A stretch of 64,000 nt of DNA from Batkoa obscura (taxonomy: Eukaryota), in NCBI GenBank assembly GCA_030770535.1, contig JASVEC010000014.1:868001-932000 (forward strand). The letters run 5' to 3'. Made by a program: the position numbers and the translations under genes. The notes under the pieces were generated by a model, which did no database searches, was not told where the DNA came from, and worked only from the letters and a program-made list of their open reading frames with translations. Of the stretch, positions 50,960 through 63,136 are shown one piece after another. Position 1 is the first letter of the stretch. Each line of letters opens with the position of its first letter.

Positions 50960-51949
50960 ATGGTAACCGAAGTATTATCTTTAGATACAGTGAAGTTAAA
51001 TAGTCAATTAGATTATGAATTAGATTTGAAAAGAGAGCCAAGTTTAGAGTCTATATCTAGTTACACTTTAACTACTCCGGAAAGTGAGCAAAATTCAACT
51101 CATCAACAATCTATTATTATCCCATTCTCTTCTTCCACTAGTTACGACTATATCTTAACTGCATCTCATCATTTTATTGCTATATTATTTGATCATACGT
51201 TAAATCAAAATACATTGTTAGAGAAGAATGTCTTTGATCAACCTATTCAACATCAAGTAATAACTAAATCTACTTTATCTCACGATCACTTATCACCTTT
51301 TTCACCAAATCAAAGTATAGCTATTATAGGAGATTCAGATGATTATTTTAATTATTTACCACAATTTAACAAGTTAAATAAGTTATTATTTCTTTTGGAT
51401 TTGAAATCGAGTAAAAAAGCGTTATTTCAAAATGTGAGGTTAATAGATAAATTGATCTTTAGTAGTAATCAACAGGAAGATTATGATTTGGCAGTATTAA
51501 ATGCTATATGGTATGAGAGAGAAAGAGAAGTTAATAAGAATGAATTAAGACATCATATATTTCTATTCAATTTATTTTCTCAAAGTGAATATACAGTTAG
51601 TGATATTGATAAATTAAATAACGAACAAGTTAAGTATCTCTATAATCAAAGTAAAGATAAACAACTTAATTCATTTAATCAATTAACTGATATTTATTTT
51701 CAGTTAACTAATAGAAAATATCAAGCATTAGAGTATATTAAATATAATGAAAATAGCAATAATTTAATTATTGGATTTAATTTACCACCTATAGATCAAT
51801 TGAAGTTAATATTAAATGATAAGAAGACCAACAGTGATCTTTTAAATATTGTTGCTTTTGAAGATGAAGTAGTAAAAGAGAAAATAATCGAGTTATTACA
51901 AAAAAATCAATATAAAAAAATTATTATAATTGAATATACCGATGAAGAA

Positions 51950-51986
<37 letters not shown>

Positions 51987-54016
51987 TATATTATTATTTA
52001 TTAAGTTTAGTATATAAATTCAATACTAAAATTAAAGTATTAAATTTCAATATTGATTTATCAAAAGAAGCTGTAGATTTTGTTGAAATGAAACAAAAAA
52101 TTTATGAATTAAACAAAACAAATTATGTTAAGGAAGTAAATTATAATGAGTTAGCTATTAAGTTTCAATTAATTCAAGAAACTCAATTAAATAATGAGTT
52201 CAATTATAATAATTCAACGTTTAATAAATTAAAAAAAGAATATAAATTGTTAACACGTACAACAAAAGAAAGTGTTAATAATGTTCATTTTGAATCCCAT
52301 CAAGTTATTATTAATTATCAATATAATAAACATACAATTACAAGTAATCCAAATGAATTATTGTATCTAAATTTCAATCAATTTTATAAATTACCGTTAT
52401 ATTTAAAATTGAACCCCCATGTTAAAGTAGTTATTTTATTAGGGGATCAAAATCTTCATTACAATAAATTATTTGAAAGATTAAAGATTAATAATAATCA
52501 AATTCAATATTATCATTTAAGAATTAATAATAATCAACAAGACTTTCGAATTTTATTGAGTTTATTATGGTATTTTAAAGATATTAAATTACAATCTTGG
52601 ATACAAAAAGAATATAATATTTCTAACGAGCAAATAGAATTATATAAAAAAGGAATAGAGCAACAGTTATTACCTATCAATATACAGTCAGAAGTAATAA
52701 ATGTTGAGGAAAAGATACAATTAAATTTTTATACATCAAAAGAAATATCTATATTGAATAAGAAAAATCAATTATTAAATTATAATTTACAATTAAAATG
52801 GAATTTAGCTTTTAAAGAGATTTATGAACCTGAGCAAATACTTCGACCAGATATCGAAAATCCCATGATTTTGAAGTTAAGTCATCGACAACGTTTAACT
52901 CCATTAGATTATGATCGAAATGTATTTCATTTGGAATTTGATAGTTTACCAAACCAACAATTAAAATATGAAATTGGGGACGCTTTAGCAGTTTATCCCA
53001 AGAATCCAGCTAATTTAGTTGAATTATTATTATTGAGATTTCCTAATATTGATAAAGATCGAATTGTAAAATTATTGAATGAAGAAGATTCAACTATTTC
53101 TTATTATCGTACTGGGTGGCAAGTATTAACTCAACATTTAGATTTATTCGGTAAACCTAATAAATTGTTTTATAAGAATGTAGCTAATTATGCTATTGAT
53201 AATAATGAGAAACAACATTTACTAAAATTAAGTGAAAAAGAAGGTGAAGAAGAATATAAATTTAATTTAGCTAATTCTGTTAGTTATTTTGATATCTTCA
53301 ATCAATATAAATCCATACAGTTAGATGTTTCTGATTTAATTCAGTTAATCCCTACCATTGAACCACGTCATTATTCAATATCTTCCTCAAATAAAGTACA
53401 TCCTAATCAAGTTCACTTACTAGTAGTTACTGTACATTGGGACACTCCTTATGGTTTACGTAATGGTTTAGCTACTCATTATTTAGATCAGCTACAAATC
53501 AATGAAGAACTCACTGTAGCTATTAAACCTAGTGTTATGAAATTACCACCAAATGATGACCAACCAATTATTATGGCTGGATTAGGTACTGGAATGGCCC
53601 CATTCCGAGCGTTTATTGAAGAACGGTATCATCTTCAAAAACTAGGACATAATGTTGGTCCAATGGCCCTTTATTTTGGATCTCGATATCGACAACAAGA
53701 ATATCTTTATGGTGATGAATTAGATGATTATCATCAACAAGAATTATTAAAGTATTTAAGATTAGCTTTCTCTAGAGATCAAAAGGAAAAGGTCTATATT
53801 CAAAATTTAATGCAACAAGATAAACAATACTTAAATGAGTGGATTATGGAAAAGAAAGCTCACTTTTATCTTTGTGGTCCAACTTGGCCTGAGTTAGATG
53901 TTAGAAATGCAGTCAAAGAAGCAATTTGTTTGACAAAAGGATATGACTCAAAGAAGGCATTAGAATTAATTGAAGAATTAAAGGAAGAGGAAAGATATGT
54001 GTTAGAGTTATATTAA
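50960..54016 (+). CDS. MET10: Sulfite reductase [NADPH] flavoprotein alpha subunit
   Basis: RLTPLDYDRNVFHLEFD, YEIGDALAV, PRHYSISSS, MAGLGTGMAPFRAF, FYLCGPTWP, ERYVLELY; very divergent N-terminal half. Confidence 0.9.
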
Positions 54017-54163
54017 AAGCGAAGGCATAATTTTTTATATTCAAATAAAATACATTTTATTAACATCAATGAAAATTTTATATTATGATAGTTTAGTTTT
54101 TAACTACTCAAGTTTTTTAATTAAAAATCACTTAATAAAATATTATTTTTAATTTAAAAAGTA

Positions 54164-54236
54164 AGCCCAACGCGGGGGTCGAACCCGCAACCTTGAGATT
54201 AAGAGTCTCACGCTCTGCCGATTGAGCTAGCCAGGC
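54164..54236 (-). tRNA. tRNA-Lys (CUU) copy 4
   Basis: Identical to copy 1; its 5' flank resembles that of copy 3. Confidence 0.95.
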
Positions 54237-54744
54237 AATTACATATATAGCCAAGTGTTAAATTTTATAAATTTCTATTATTAGTTTCAAATTATAGTAA
54301 CATAATTAAAGAGCTGATAGATTATTAAAATTTCTACAGTATTATTTTGAAAATAAATTAAAGCTAACATCCTTTTATAAATGATATTTTATTATGATAA
54401 TAGGTCTAATTTTTATATATAGTTTTTGACTGTTTTATATTTATAAGCTAACTTCATAACTAATAGACATAAAATTAAGGGTAATAGCATCTTTAAAGCA
54501 TTTATCAACTAAATTAGAAAGTTTTGTTATAACAAGTCAATATATATGCTATATATTGATAATTTTAATAAAGTATTTTTTAAATAAAATCTATATTAAA
54601 TAATTTGAATTTTTAAATAAAAACTGATATTTATTTTTAAGCCAAAATATAAATTATTTAATTTTTGTTACTTTTGTTAGTGTTTAAATAAATTATTAAA
54701 AGCTTATAAATTTCAGGATTCAGTAAATCAGCTTTATAACAAAC

Positions 54745-54846
54745 ATATAGGACTATTTTTTGGTTTCATTATTTTTCCATTTTTAAGCGCTATTTGAGTG
54801 GAAAGATTGCAGTAAAATTCTTAAACAAAAAAATACATCCCCATAT
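54745..54846 (+). mobile_element. MITE copy
   Basis: atatAGGACTATTTTTTGGTTTCATT...AAAATACATCCCCatat. Confidence 0.87.
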
Positions 54847-56305
54847 CTACCTGTAAATTAACCAGATACAGGCACATTAGACTTAGCATAAACTAATACT
54901 AAACTAAAATTAAAAAGTTGTATTTTTTTAAAATAGCAGAGTTTTTACACATATTTTTGTTTGCTATCTTTAATTTGTTATCAACAAGTTTAATAATTAT
55001 AACTTAAATGATTAAAATAATAGCTTATTTATAAATATAGTTTAACTGAGTCTTAGTTTTTATTTTTAATAAAATTTTAAATTTAAACATCGTTTATTAA
55101 CATTTAACTATAGTTTTTATTTGTTTGTTTTTAATAACTAAGTCACCTGAATTTTTTTAAATTAGCCCTTTCCATAATTATATATATACACAAATAATTT
55201 ATAAACATTATTTTAAATAAAATAGTACTATTTTAATGAAATATTTAACGTCTTAAAATCGGAGCTCTTTTAAATCCAAGTTAATAATATAAAAGCTGAT
55301 GTAACGATGTTAAAAAATAAGTTATTCAAAGCGGAAATTGAATACAATTACACTTATAGACTTTAATTTTGAAACATAAAAGCTTTTAAAGGGAAAAGAT
55401 AATTTAATATAGATTTTTATTTAGATGACTTATATATATTCAATATATTTATGCACTTAGCTTAATTTTATTAACATAAACTAACTCATATAATAAAGTA
55501 GTTTATACCGATATTAACAAGCCAATTTCACCTCTTAATAAACCTTAATATTTAGAAGGTTGAGTTTCTTGGAATATTCGTCAAATTGGATATTTAGCGA
55601 TTTTAAATATGCAATGATTTTATTTTATTCTCACTTTAACCTATAAAAATTCAAATGTTTCCTACATAGTAAAAATTAAAATGAACAGTTTTGTTTGTAA
55701 CAATATAATATTCCAAGATGATTGTAATATTGAGAAGTTATGACTTGAGGCAGTAGAAAGATGTATTAGTTTACTTAATTTAATATTCTATTGTAGTTAT
55801 TTATAGCGGAAAATCATATTTTGGACAAAAACTTTAAGAAAATACCCCAAAAGAATAAACAAAACTTTGAGTTTAAGTTTTGAATACGATCAATGCTTTC
55901 TCCTAAGATTATATCATATTTAATATCAGAATATCATCAATAACAATCAAATTTAATATATTTTATATTTTAAGTAAGTTTAAAAGTATAAAAAGCAACA
56001 AACAATCAAATTATTTTTTAATTCGTAGTCTTGAACCAGTTTTATTAAAAAGTAAATGAATAGTTTATTATTTTACTAAAAGTGGTGCAACTAAATTAAA
56101 AAAGGGATTTTCAAAATTCTAAATTGAATGTTCCATCATAGACCCTTTATTTGATGGTACAATTTAATATTTTAACTATTGTTACCAATATTTGTTCACA
56201 GTTCTTGCTCTATATAGCAATAAATTAATTATTATACATACTCATGGAAAAGTATAAAAACATTGATATTTCACTTTTAAGACTTTACTCTTTTTAAGTT
56301 AATTA

Positions 56306-58555
56306 ATGATGAGCTTCCAAAAGGTGTTTGTTTTGACCGTTTTATCCTTGGTCACCAGTCAAGATGTGGCACGTGATGGGCGTGTACTTTCATCTACCAA
56401 TAAGATGAGCTTACCATGGAACTACCCAGCAGCCAAGTATGACTCCAATACATACGATGTGATGCATGGTAAAGTTATCCGTGATCCTTACCGTTGGTTA
56501 GAAAATCAAACAAGCGCAGAAACAACTGAGTTTTGGACTAAAAACAATGACTTTACAAACAGTTATCTTGAACAAAGTCCACACAAATCGATAATTGAAA
56601 ATAACTTTAAAAAGTTATTAAGCGCTCCTGAAGTCGAAGAGCCAAGTAAGCATGGGGATTATTACTATTATTTGGAAAGAAAATCTTTACAAGGGAACTC
56701 TGTTTTATATCGTAAATCTTCCTTAGATGCCAAACCTGAAGAATTATTTAACCCTAATCTTATTTCTCCAAGTGAAACCGGAATTATTCGTTTTACTTCA
56801 TTTTCTTCTGATGATAAATACGTCGTTCTTGCTTACTCCCGTAAAGGTTCCGATTGGACTGTATTTGATGTTTATGAAAACAATGAAAAATTCACCAAGT
56901 TAGAATCTTTAGTTTGGACTCGTGACGAATCTGTAACTTGGTCAACTGATAACAAAGGTTTCTTTTTCTCTACCTTCCCAGCACCAAAAGATACGCCATT
57001 AGAGAATGCTGGTATTGACACTATGCCTGGTGTTGATAATAAATTATGGTATCATCGTATTGGTACTCAACAAAAAGACGATTTGTTATTATTTGAAAAT
57101 AAGGAAGATACTAGACTAGGATATTCTCTTAGCTATGCTGGCAACGACAACCAATATCTTGTTGTTTCAGTTGCTAGATCCACTGAGCCAATATCTTTGA
57201 CTTATTACGCCGATGCTACTGAATCTAACAAGAATGGTATCTTAGCAAGACCTAATTTCATCAAAGCTACTGAACAAATGGATGGATCTACTGATTACTT
57301 ACAATCAATTGATTCCAAGACTCACTACTTTATGACTTCCCGTAACGCACCTTACCTTAAAGTAGTTAAAGGTTCTTTTGAAGACTTAAAGAACGCTAAA
57401 GATTATTTGCCTGAGCAAAAAGGATTTGGGTTACAATCAGTTGTATTTGGAAAGAAAATAGTAGCAGCATCTTATATTAAGGCAGCTTATTATCACATTA
57501 AAGTGTTCTCAATTAATGGTGATAAAATTGAAAAGGAAGTCAAGAGCGTCCAATTGCCAGTTGGCTCATTGAATGACTTCACAATTGAAGAAAATGAAAC
57601 CAAAATTTCATATTCAATGGGTGATTTCTTCTATTCATCTAAATCTTATGAATTTGATATCTACAGCAGTACAAATGAAAATAAATTGGTTGCAACTGGA
57701 AACTCATTACCAGGTATCAATCCAGACTTATTCGAAACTAGAATTGAATATTATTACGGATGGGATAGCAACGTTGTTCCTATTACTTTAGTACACAAGA
57801 AGGGTATCAAAAAGAACAATAATAACTTTTTGTATTTACATGCTTATGGTGGTTTCAATGCTATCAACACTGCTTCAGTAAATGCTCATTGGTTAAATTT
57901 ATTACAATCTTTTGATGTGATGATTGCTATCGCACATATCAGAGGTGGTGGTGAAAATGGTTTAAAATGGCATCAAGATGGTTCTCGTATGAAGAGACAA
58001 AACTCATACAACGATTTTTATGCTGCAGCACAATGGGTATGTGATGAAGGATACACTCAACATAGTAAAATTGTCGTCAATGGTCGTTCTAATGGTGGTA
58101 CATTATCAGCAGTATCTTTAGTACAAAATCCATGGTTATTTGGAGCTGTCATAACTGATGTTGGTGTTATGGATTTAACTAGATACCAATTATTCCATGA
58201 TGGAAGTGGATGGTTTGATGATTTTGGTGATGCTATCAATAATGCAACTGAATTCCGTAGCATCTTAACTTTCTCACCATATCATAACGTCCGTCCTTAC
58301 GAGCCATATCCACCAGTATTAATTAATACCGGTACCCATGATGATCGTGTCTCCTTTTTACACTCAATGAAATTAGCTGCCAAGATTCAATCTATGTACA
58401 AATATAGCCAACATCCTTCCCTTTTACAAGTTACTAATAATACTGGCCATGCTTGCACTGGTTGTGGTTTACCAACTGGACTTTACATTGAAATCAAAAC
58501 AAACATTTTGACTTTTATCTCAATGGTATTTAACATTGTACCAAAGAGAATCTAA
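56306..58555 (+). CDS. Prolyl oligopeptidase (S9A) with predicted signal peptide, paralog 1
   Basis: DPYRWLE, GSDW, YGGF, RGGGENG, GRSNGG (Ser), HDDRV (Asp), TGH (His); hydrophobic N-terminus; intronless. Confidence 0.94.
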   Translation: MMSFQKVFVLTVLSLVTSQDVARDGRVLSSTNKMSLPWNYPAAKYDSNTYDVMHGKVIRDPYRWLENQTSAETTEFWTKNNDFTNSYLEQSPHKSIIENNFKKLLSAPEVEEPSKHGDYYYYLERKSLQGNSVLYRKSSLDAKPEELFNPNLISPSETGIIRFTSFSSDDKYVVLAYSRKGSDWTVFDVYENNEKFTKLESLVWTRDESVTWSTDNKGFFFSTFPAPKDTPLENAGIDTMPGVDNKLWYHRIGTQQKDDLLLFENKEDTRLGYSLSYAGNDNQYLVVSVARSTEPISLTYYADATESNKNGILARPNFIKATEQMDGSTDYLQSIDSKTHYFMTSRNAPYLKVVKGSFEDLKNAKDYLPEQKGFGLQSVVFGKKIVAASYIKAAYYHIKVFSINGDKIEKEVKSVQLPVGSLNDFTIEENETKISYSMGDFFYSSKSYEFDIYSSTNENKLVATGNSLPGINPDLFETRIEYYYGWDSNVVPITLVHKKGIKKNNNNFLYLHAYGGFNAINTASVNAHWLNLLQSFDVMIAIAHIRGGGENGLKWHQDGSRMKRQNSYNDFYAAAQWVCDEGYTQHSKIVVNGRSNGGTLSAVSLVQNPWLFGAVITDVGVMDLTRYQLFHDGSGWFDDFGDAINNATEFRSILTFSPYHNVRPYEPYPPVLINTGTHDDRVSFLHSMKLAAKIQSMYKYSQHPSLLQVTNNTGHACTGCGLPTGLYIEIKTNILTFISMVFNIVPKRI

Positions 58556-58686
58556 TTCAATTAAAATTACCTAATTTTTAATAAAATAATATTTTTTTAA
58601 TCAAGTTTTAATATATTTAAGTGAATTTATTTGAAAATATAAAATGAAATTAGTTCAAAATTAGGTTTTATTTAATTAAAAAATAA

Positions 58687-60930
58687 CTATAATGGTTTAG
58701 GTACAATATTAAACACCATTGAAATAAAATTAAGCATATTTGTCTTATCATTAATATCTAATTTAACTGGTTTACCACATCCTGTACATCCGTGACCAGT
58801 GTTATTTGCAGTTTGCAAGAGAATAGGATGTTTATGATCTTTATAATGGGATTGTAATCTAGCAGCAAATTTAAGAGAGTGTAAAGTTGAAACACGATCA
58901 TCATGAGAACCAGTAGTGATCAATAAAGGTGGATATGGTCTATTGCAACGGATATTATGGTATGGGGAGAATTTCAATACGTTCAAGAATTCTTCCTTGC
59001 TATGAATTACATCACCAAAATCATCGAACCATCCAGTACCATCATTGAATGATTGATATCTGACTAAGTCCATAACTCCAACATCAGCTACAACAGCGCC
59101 GAATAATTCAGGAGCTTGAGTAAAGGAAACACCAGATAATGTACCACCATTAGAACGTCCATTAACAACAATCTTATTATGTTGAGTATACTTTTTGTTG
59201 ACTAAGAATTTTGAAGCATATTCAAAGTCATCATAACTAACTTGCTTATTTAATCTTGATGCTGAAGTATACCATGGATCACCATTTTCACCACCACCAC
59301 GGATATGTGCAATAGCCAATACTAAATCTAAAGATTGTAACATAGCTAACCAATGTGCACGTGGAGCTGGAGTATTGATAGAATTGAAGCCACCATAACC
59401 ATATAAGTAAACATTGTTGTTTCCATCTAATTTAGTGCCTTTACGATAAGCTAAAGTAATAGGTACAATAGTACCATCTTTGCTCTTGTAATGTTCTAAT
59501 TTCATTTCAAATAATTCCGGTTTGAATCCAGGTAAACTTGGCTCAGTATAAATCAATTTATTATTTTTAGTGTCATTAAGTTCAACTTCATAAGCTACGG
59601 TTGGTGAGAAGAAATCGGTAACATTGAAATTGATAGCAGTTTCATCACGAATAAATTTAAATCCCTTAATACCACCAATTGGTAAGTCAATTTCACTAAT
59701 TGCTTTAGATGTGTCATTCTTATTAAACACTTTAATATGATATGTTGAATCTTTAATATAGGAAGCTGCAATCTTGTCTTTACCAAATTTGGCTTGAATT
59801 AATCCATACCCTTTTTGTTCTGGTAAAACATCTTTAGCGGAACGAAGGTTCTCTAAAGTACCTTGAACAATTTTGCGGTATGGTGTGCCACGAGTAACTA
59901 AGAATAAATGTTCCTTTTCATTAACTGATTCAAGATATTGAGCAATACCATCATAATCGTGATAAATATTTTTGAAATCTGGCTTTTTAGTTACACCATT
60001 CTTATTAGAATCAGTGGCGTCAGCATAATAGGTATATGTTCTATCAGCAGTGGAGCGATAAAGCTGAAGGATGAAATATTCATTGTTAGGGCCTGCATAT
60101 TCAATACTTGGGTATTCAGCACTATCCTTGCTACCTGCCCAAATGAGGATATCGTCCTTTTGTTGAGTACCAACCCGATGGTAATATAATCTATTATCAA
60201 GACCTGGATCAGTATTAAGACCAGCGTCTTCCCAAGTGATACCTTTTGGAGCAGGGTCTTTAGAGTAAAAGAAACCCTTATCATCTGTTGACCATGTTAC
60301 ACCACCATCTTGGGTCCAGATAAGTCTTTCGAGTTCCTTTAATCCTTCATTATTTTCATGGACACGAATATCAGTCCAGTCTGAACCTTTACGGGAAACA
60401 GCAATTAAAAGATACTTATTATCGGAAGAGAATGAGTTAAATTTAATATAAGCAGTTTCATCTGGTGAAAGCGGATTTGGGTCTAAAACAACTTGTGGTT
60501 GATCAGCAAGATTCTTTTTACGATATAAAACTGAGTTGCCTTGGAGAGAAGCACGCTCAGTATAATAATAATAATCACCATGCTTTACTGGTTTTCCTGG
60601 AGAAGGAGCAGAGAACAAAGTTTTTACAGAGTCATAAATAACTTGTTTATGTGGATTTTGGTTAAGGTATTTGTGTAATAGCTTGTTGTTTTTATCCCAA
60701 AAGGTTCTAGTTTCTTGACTAGTATGAGTTTCTAACCAGTGGTATGGGTCTCTTACACCAATTCCATGATATGTATCATAGTAGCTTTTCATGACACGAG
60801 CTTCAGGGTACTCCCATGGTAAAGAAAGTTTATTCCATTGAGAAGTTTGTCTGCCATCATCTTTAGGGACAGATTTGGCGGTGACCTGAAGGAGGACGGT
60901 AGTTAAAATTAATGATATAAATTGGTTCAT
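58687..60930 (-). CDS. Prolyl oligopeptidase (S9A) with predicted signal peptide, paralog 2
   Basis: Collinear with paralog 1 and carries the same catalytic motifs; MNQFISLILTTVLLQVTA leader. Confidence 0.94.
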   Translation of the reverse strand: MNQFISLILTTVLLQVTAKSVPKDDGRQTSQWNKLSLPWEYPEARVMKSYYDTYHGIGVRDPYHWLETHTSQETRTFWDKNNKLLHKYLNQNPHKQVIYDSVKTLFSAPSPGKPVKHGDYYYYTERASLQGNSVLYRKKNLADQPQVVLDPNPLSPDETAYIKFNSFSSDNKYLLIAVSRKGSDWTDIRVHENNEGLKELERLIWTQDGGVTWSTDDKGFFYSKDPAPKGITWEDAGLNTDPGLDNRLYYHRVGTQQKDDILIWAGSKDSAEYPSIEYAGPNNEYFILQLYRSTADRTYTYYADATDSNKNGVTKKPDFKNIYHDYDGIAQYLESVNEKEHLFLVTRGTPYRKIVQGTLENLRSAKDVLPEQKGYGLIQAKFGKDKIAASYIKDSTYHIKVFNKNDTSKAISEIDLPIGGIKGFKFIRDETAINFNVTDFFSPTVAYEVELNDTKNNKLIYTEPSLPGFKPELFEMKLEHYKSKDGTIVPITLAYRKGTKLDGNNNVYLYGYGGFNSINTPAPRAHWLAMLQSLDLVLAIAHIRGGGENGDPWYTSASRLNKQVSYDDFEYASKFLVNKKYTQHNKIVVNGRSNGGTLSGVSFTQAPELFGAVVADVGVMDLVRYQSFNDGTGWFDDFGDVIHSKEEFLNVLKFSPYHNIRCNRPYPPLLITTGSHDDRVSTLHSLKFAARLQSHYKDHKHPILLQTANNTGHGCTGCGKPVKLDINDKTNMLNFISMVFNIVPKPL

Positions 60931-62409
60931 TGCTGTTATAATTACAATTATAATTAAATAAATAATTATATTAGGTATTAATAGTAAATAATGTGTTTAT
61001 ATATCTTTACTTTTCGAAGCCTCTGAATTTTTGGGCTTTTTTGGAATAGAATCCAGCTGATGTTATAACCCATCTTTTCGGTGTTACTTTAGGTGCATAT
61101 GATTAAATTATATTCTTGTTTTTACTTAATTAGGTAACACTAATAGATTTTAAACTTTATAGCAAAAAATTGAGAGTGCAAATTTAATCAACTAGCTGGA
61201 TCAAAATATCAACAGGTTATAGTTTTAAACTAATATAGCTACGTCTACTTTTGGATCAAGTTATGATATAATATAATATATTGAATTTGTATTTATTTAT
61301 TCTGATTCTTAATATCTTATCATAATTTACTTTATACAAGTACTATCTGCTATTGATTTATTAGCTCATATTATTCTTGATATGCTAATTTCAAAAAGGT
61401 ATCATTTGATCTATTTATTCACTAAAAACCTTCCATCTTGTACATGCTTCAAAATACTTTTAATTAAAGCTCAAATATTAGCTAAAAACAACCCCATTTA
61501 AAGCTATCGTCAACAGAATTTGTATATAAAAGCTATATAATGGGTAAACACAAGACAAGTAATTTTGGCATGATAACTATCACTTAGTAAAGGATTTTAA
61601 TAAAAGACAATTAATGGTTGGTTACAGTTAGTATATTTACGCATTCCATTATATTATTTTTTTCTATATGTCTATGGACATTTTTTGGTATTTAGTATAG
61701 ACTTCGATTAAGTATCAATTGTAATATATGTATAGAAAACATCAAGTATGTTTCTAGTTGTTTTAAAGTCTAACATTAAAAATACTCAATTTAAACTATT
61801 ATTTCATAAAGAACTACTATGTTTACGGTAATTTAGTTAAGACCTATAGTTTATTTTTAGAAATAGTATATTCTTCGTTAAAGTTTTTAATTCTATAAAG
61901 AATTATTTCAAAAAAAGAATCTAGTGCTTTTACAGTTACCATAGTTTTTAACAAAAGTACATTTTCCCATATAATATTATTGGTATTTATCGTAAAATCA
62001 GATATGACTACCATGTCATATATCATATTAAACATTATGTTGTCATTTAGTTTTTATTATACTAAATAGTTCTTACATCTATACGTTAATTTTAATTCTT
62101 TAGTTCGTTGAATTTCATTCAATTTAAAATTAACTACTGTTTAGCAGCTTAAGTTAAAGATTTGATTTAAAATGAAATTTAATATTAAAAATAAGATAGT
62201 TAATCACTGTTTTAAAAATATTTTTTTCTATCAAAACATCATATAAACGTTTTGAAAACATTGAAATTTTAGTCAATAAAATCCTCCTTAAAACTTGTAT
62301 TTCGAACTAAAGTTAAATTCAAGATATACATATCATTTGAATCCCATAAGTTATTACGATAAAAACTAAAAAATTGCATCAAAATTTACAATACAATTAA
62401 TTTTACAAG

Positions 62410-62939
62410 ATGACAGAAAAAGAGAATGTAGAATACGAAGCTGAAAGAGAAGAGGAGGAACAAATCGAAAAAGGAGAGCGTGGGGAAGCCCAAAAAGAGA
62501 TGAAAAATATGAGCGAAGAAAAAGAAGACGATAAAGAAGAAGAGACCACTAAAAATAACTATGCCAACCGATTAACTGATGTAAGCAATAGAAATTATGT
62601 TTGTTCAAAACTGATTTTTTTATAGGCTTTAAAAGGGTTCAAGGCAGATGTTGTTAAACAAAAAGTTAGAAACGCTTTATTGTAAGTATTTTCATTATTT
62701 TGACTCAACTTTAGAAGAACTACCTAATATAAATTTTAATATTTTATAATAGGCAAAGAGAATTAGACAAAACTGAAGTAAAGAAAGAGGATGTCGCTTT
62801 CCTTTGTAGAGAATTAGCAGTAGATGAAGAGCAAGCAACATTGATGATCAAAAAAGTTAAGGGTGATTTGGAAAAGCTTCTAGGCCAATATATTAACTTT
62901 GGATTTGGATCTATACCCGATTTTATTGCCACTTTATAA
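62410..62939 (+). CDS. HYPK-like protein (acidic N-terminus plus C-terminal UBA-like domain), 3 exons
   Basis: Spliced C-terminus ..EVKKEDVAFLCRELAVDEEQATLMIKKVKGDLEKLL.. resembles the HYPK/NAC-type UBA domain. Confidence 0.7.
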
Positions 62940-63136
62940 TTGTTATTAAAATCTTAATGATTTTTAATTTATAAACCTTAATCCGTTTTCATAATTAAAC
63001 TGTATAATTGTTATAGATAAGTTTGGTAAAATAAAAACACGTTTAAATAATTTACCCCTAGTATAGAGAAAAAACCTTTAATTGTTATATCTTAAAATTT
63101 TTATTTGCTATAGAGATAAATATGACATTTATGAAT

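Noticed and set aside
32458..54016. Functional clustering of two diflavin-type reductases (CPR and Met10)
   Set aside because: They are 16 kb apart with unrelated housekeeping genes between them, and no P450 is in the window.
54900..62400. RiPP (MSDIN/amatoxin-like) cluster around the duplicated POPs
   Set aside because: No precursor-like short ORF (leader, Pro-flanked core, follower, or repeated cores) and no tailoring genes are visible on either side of the POP pair.
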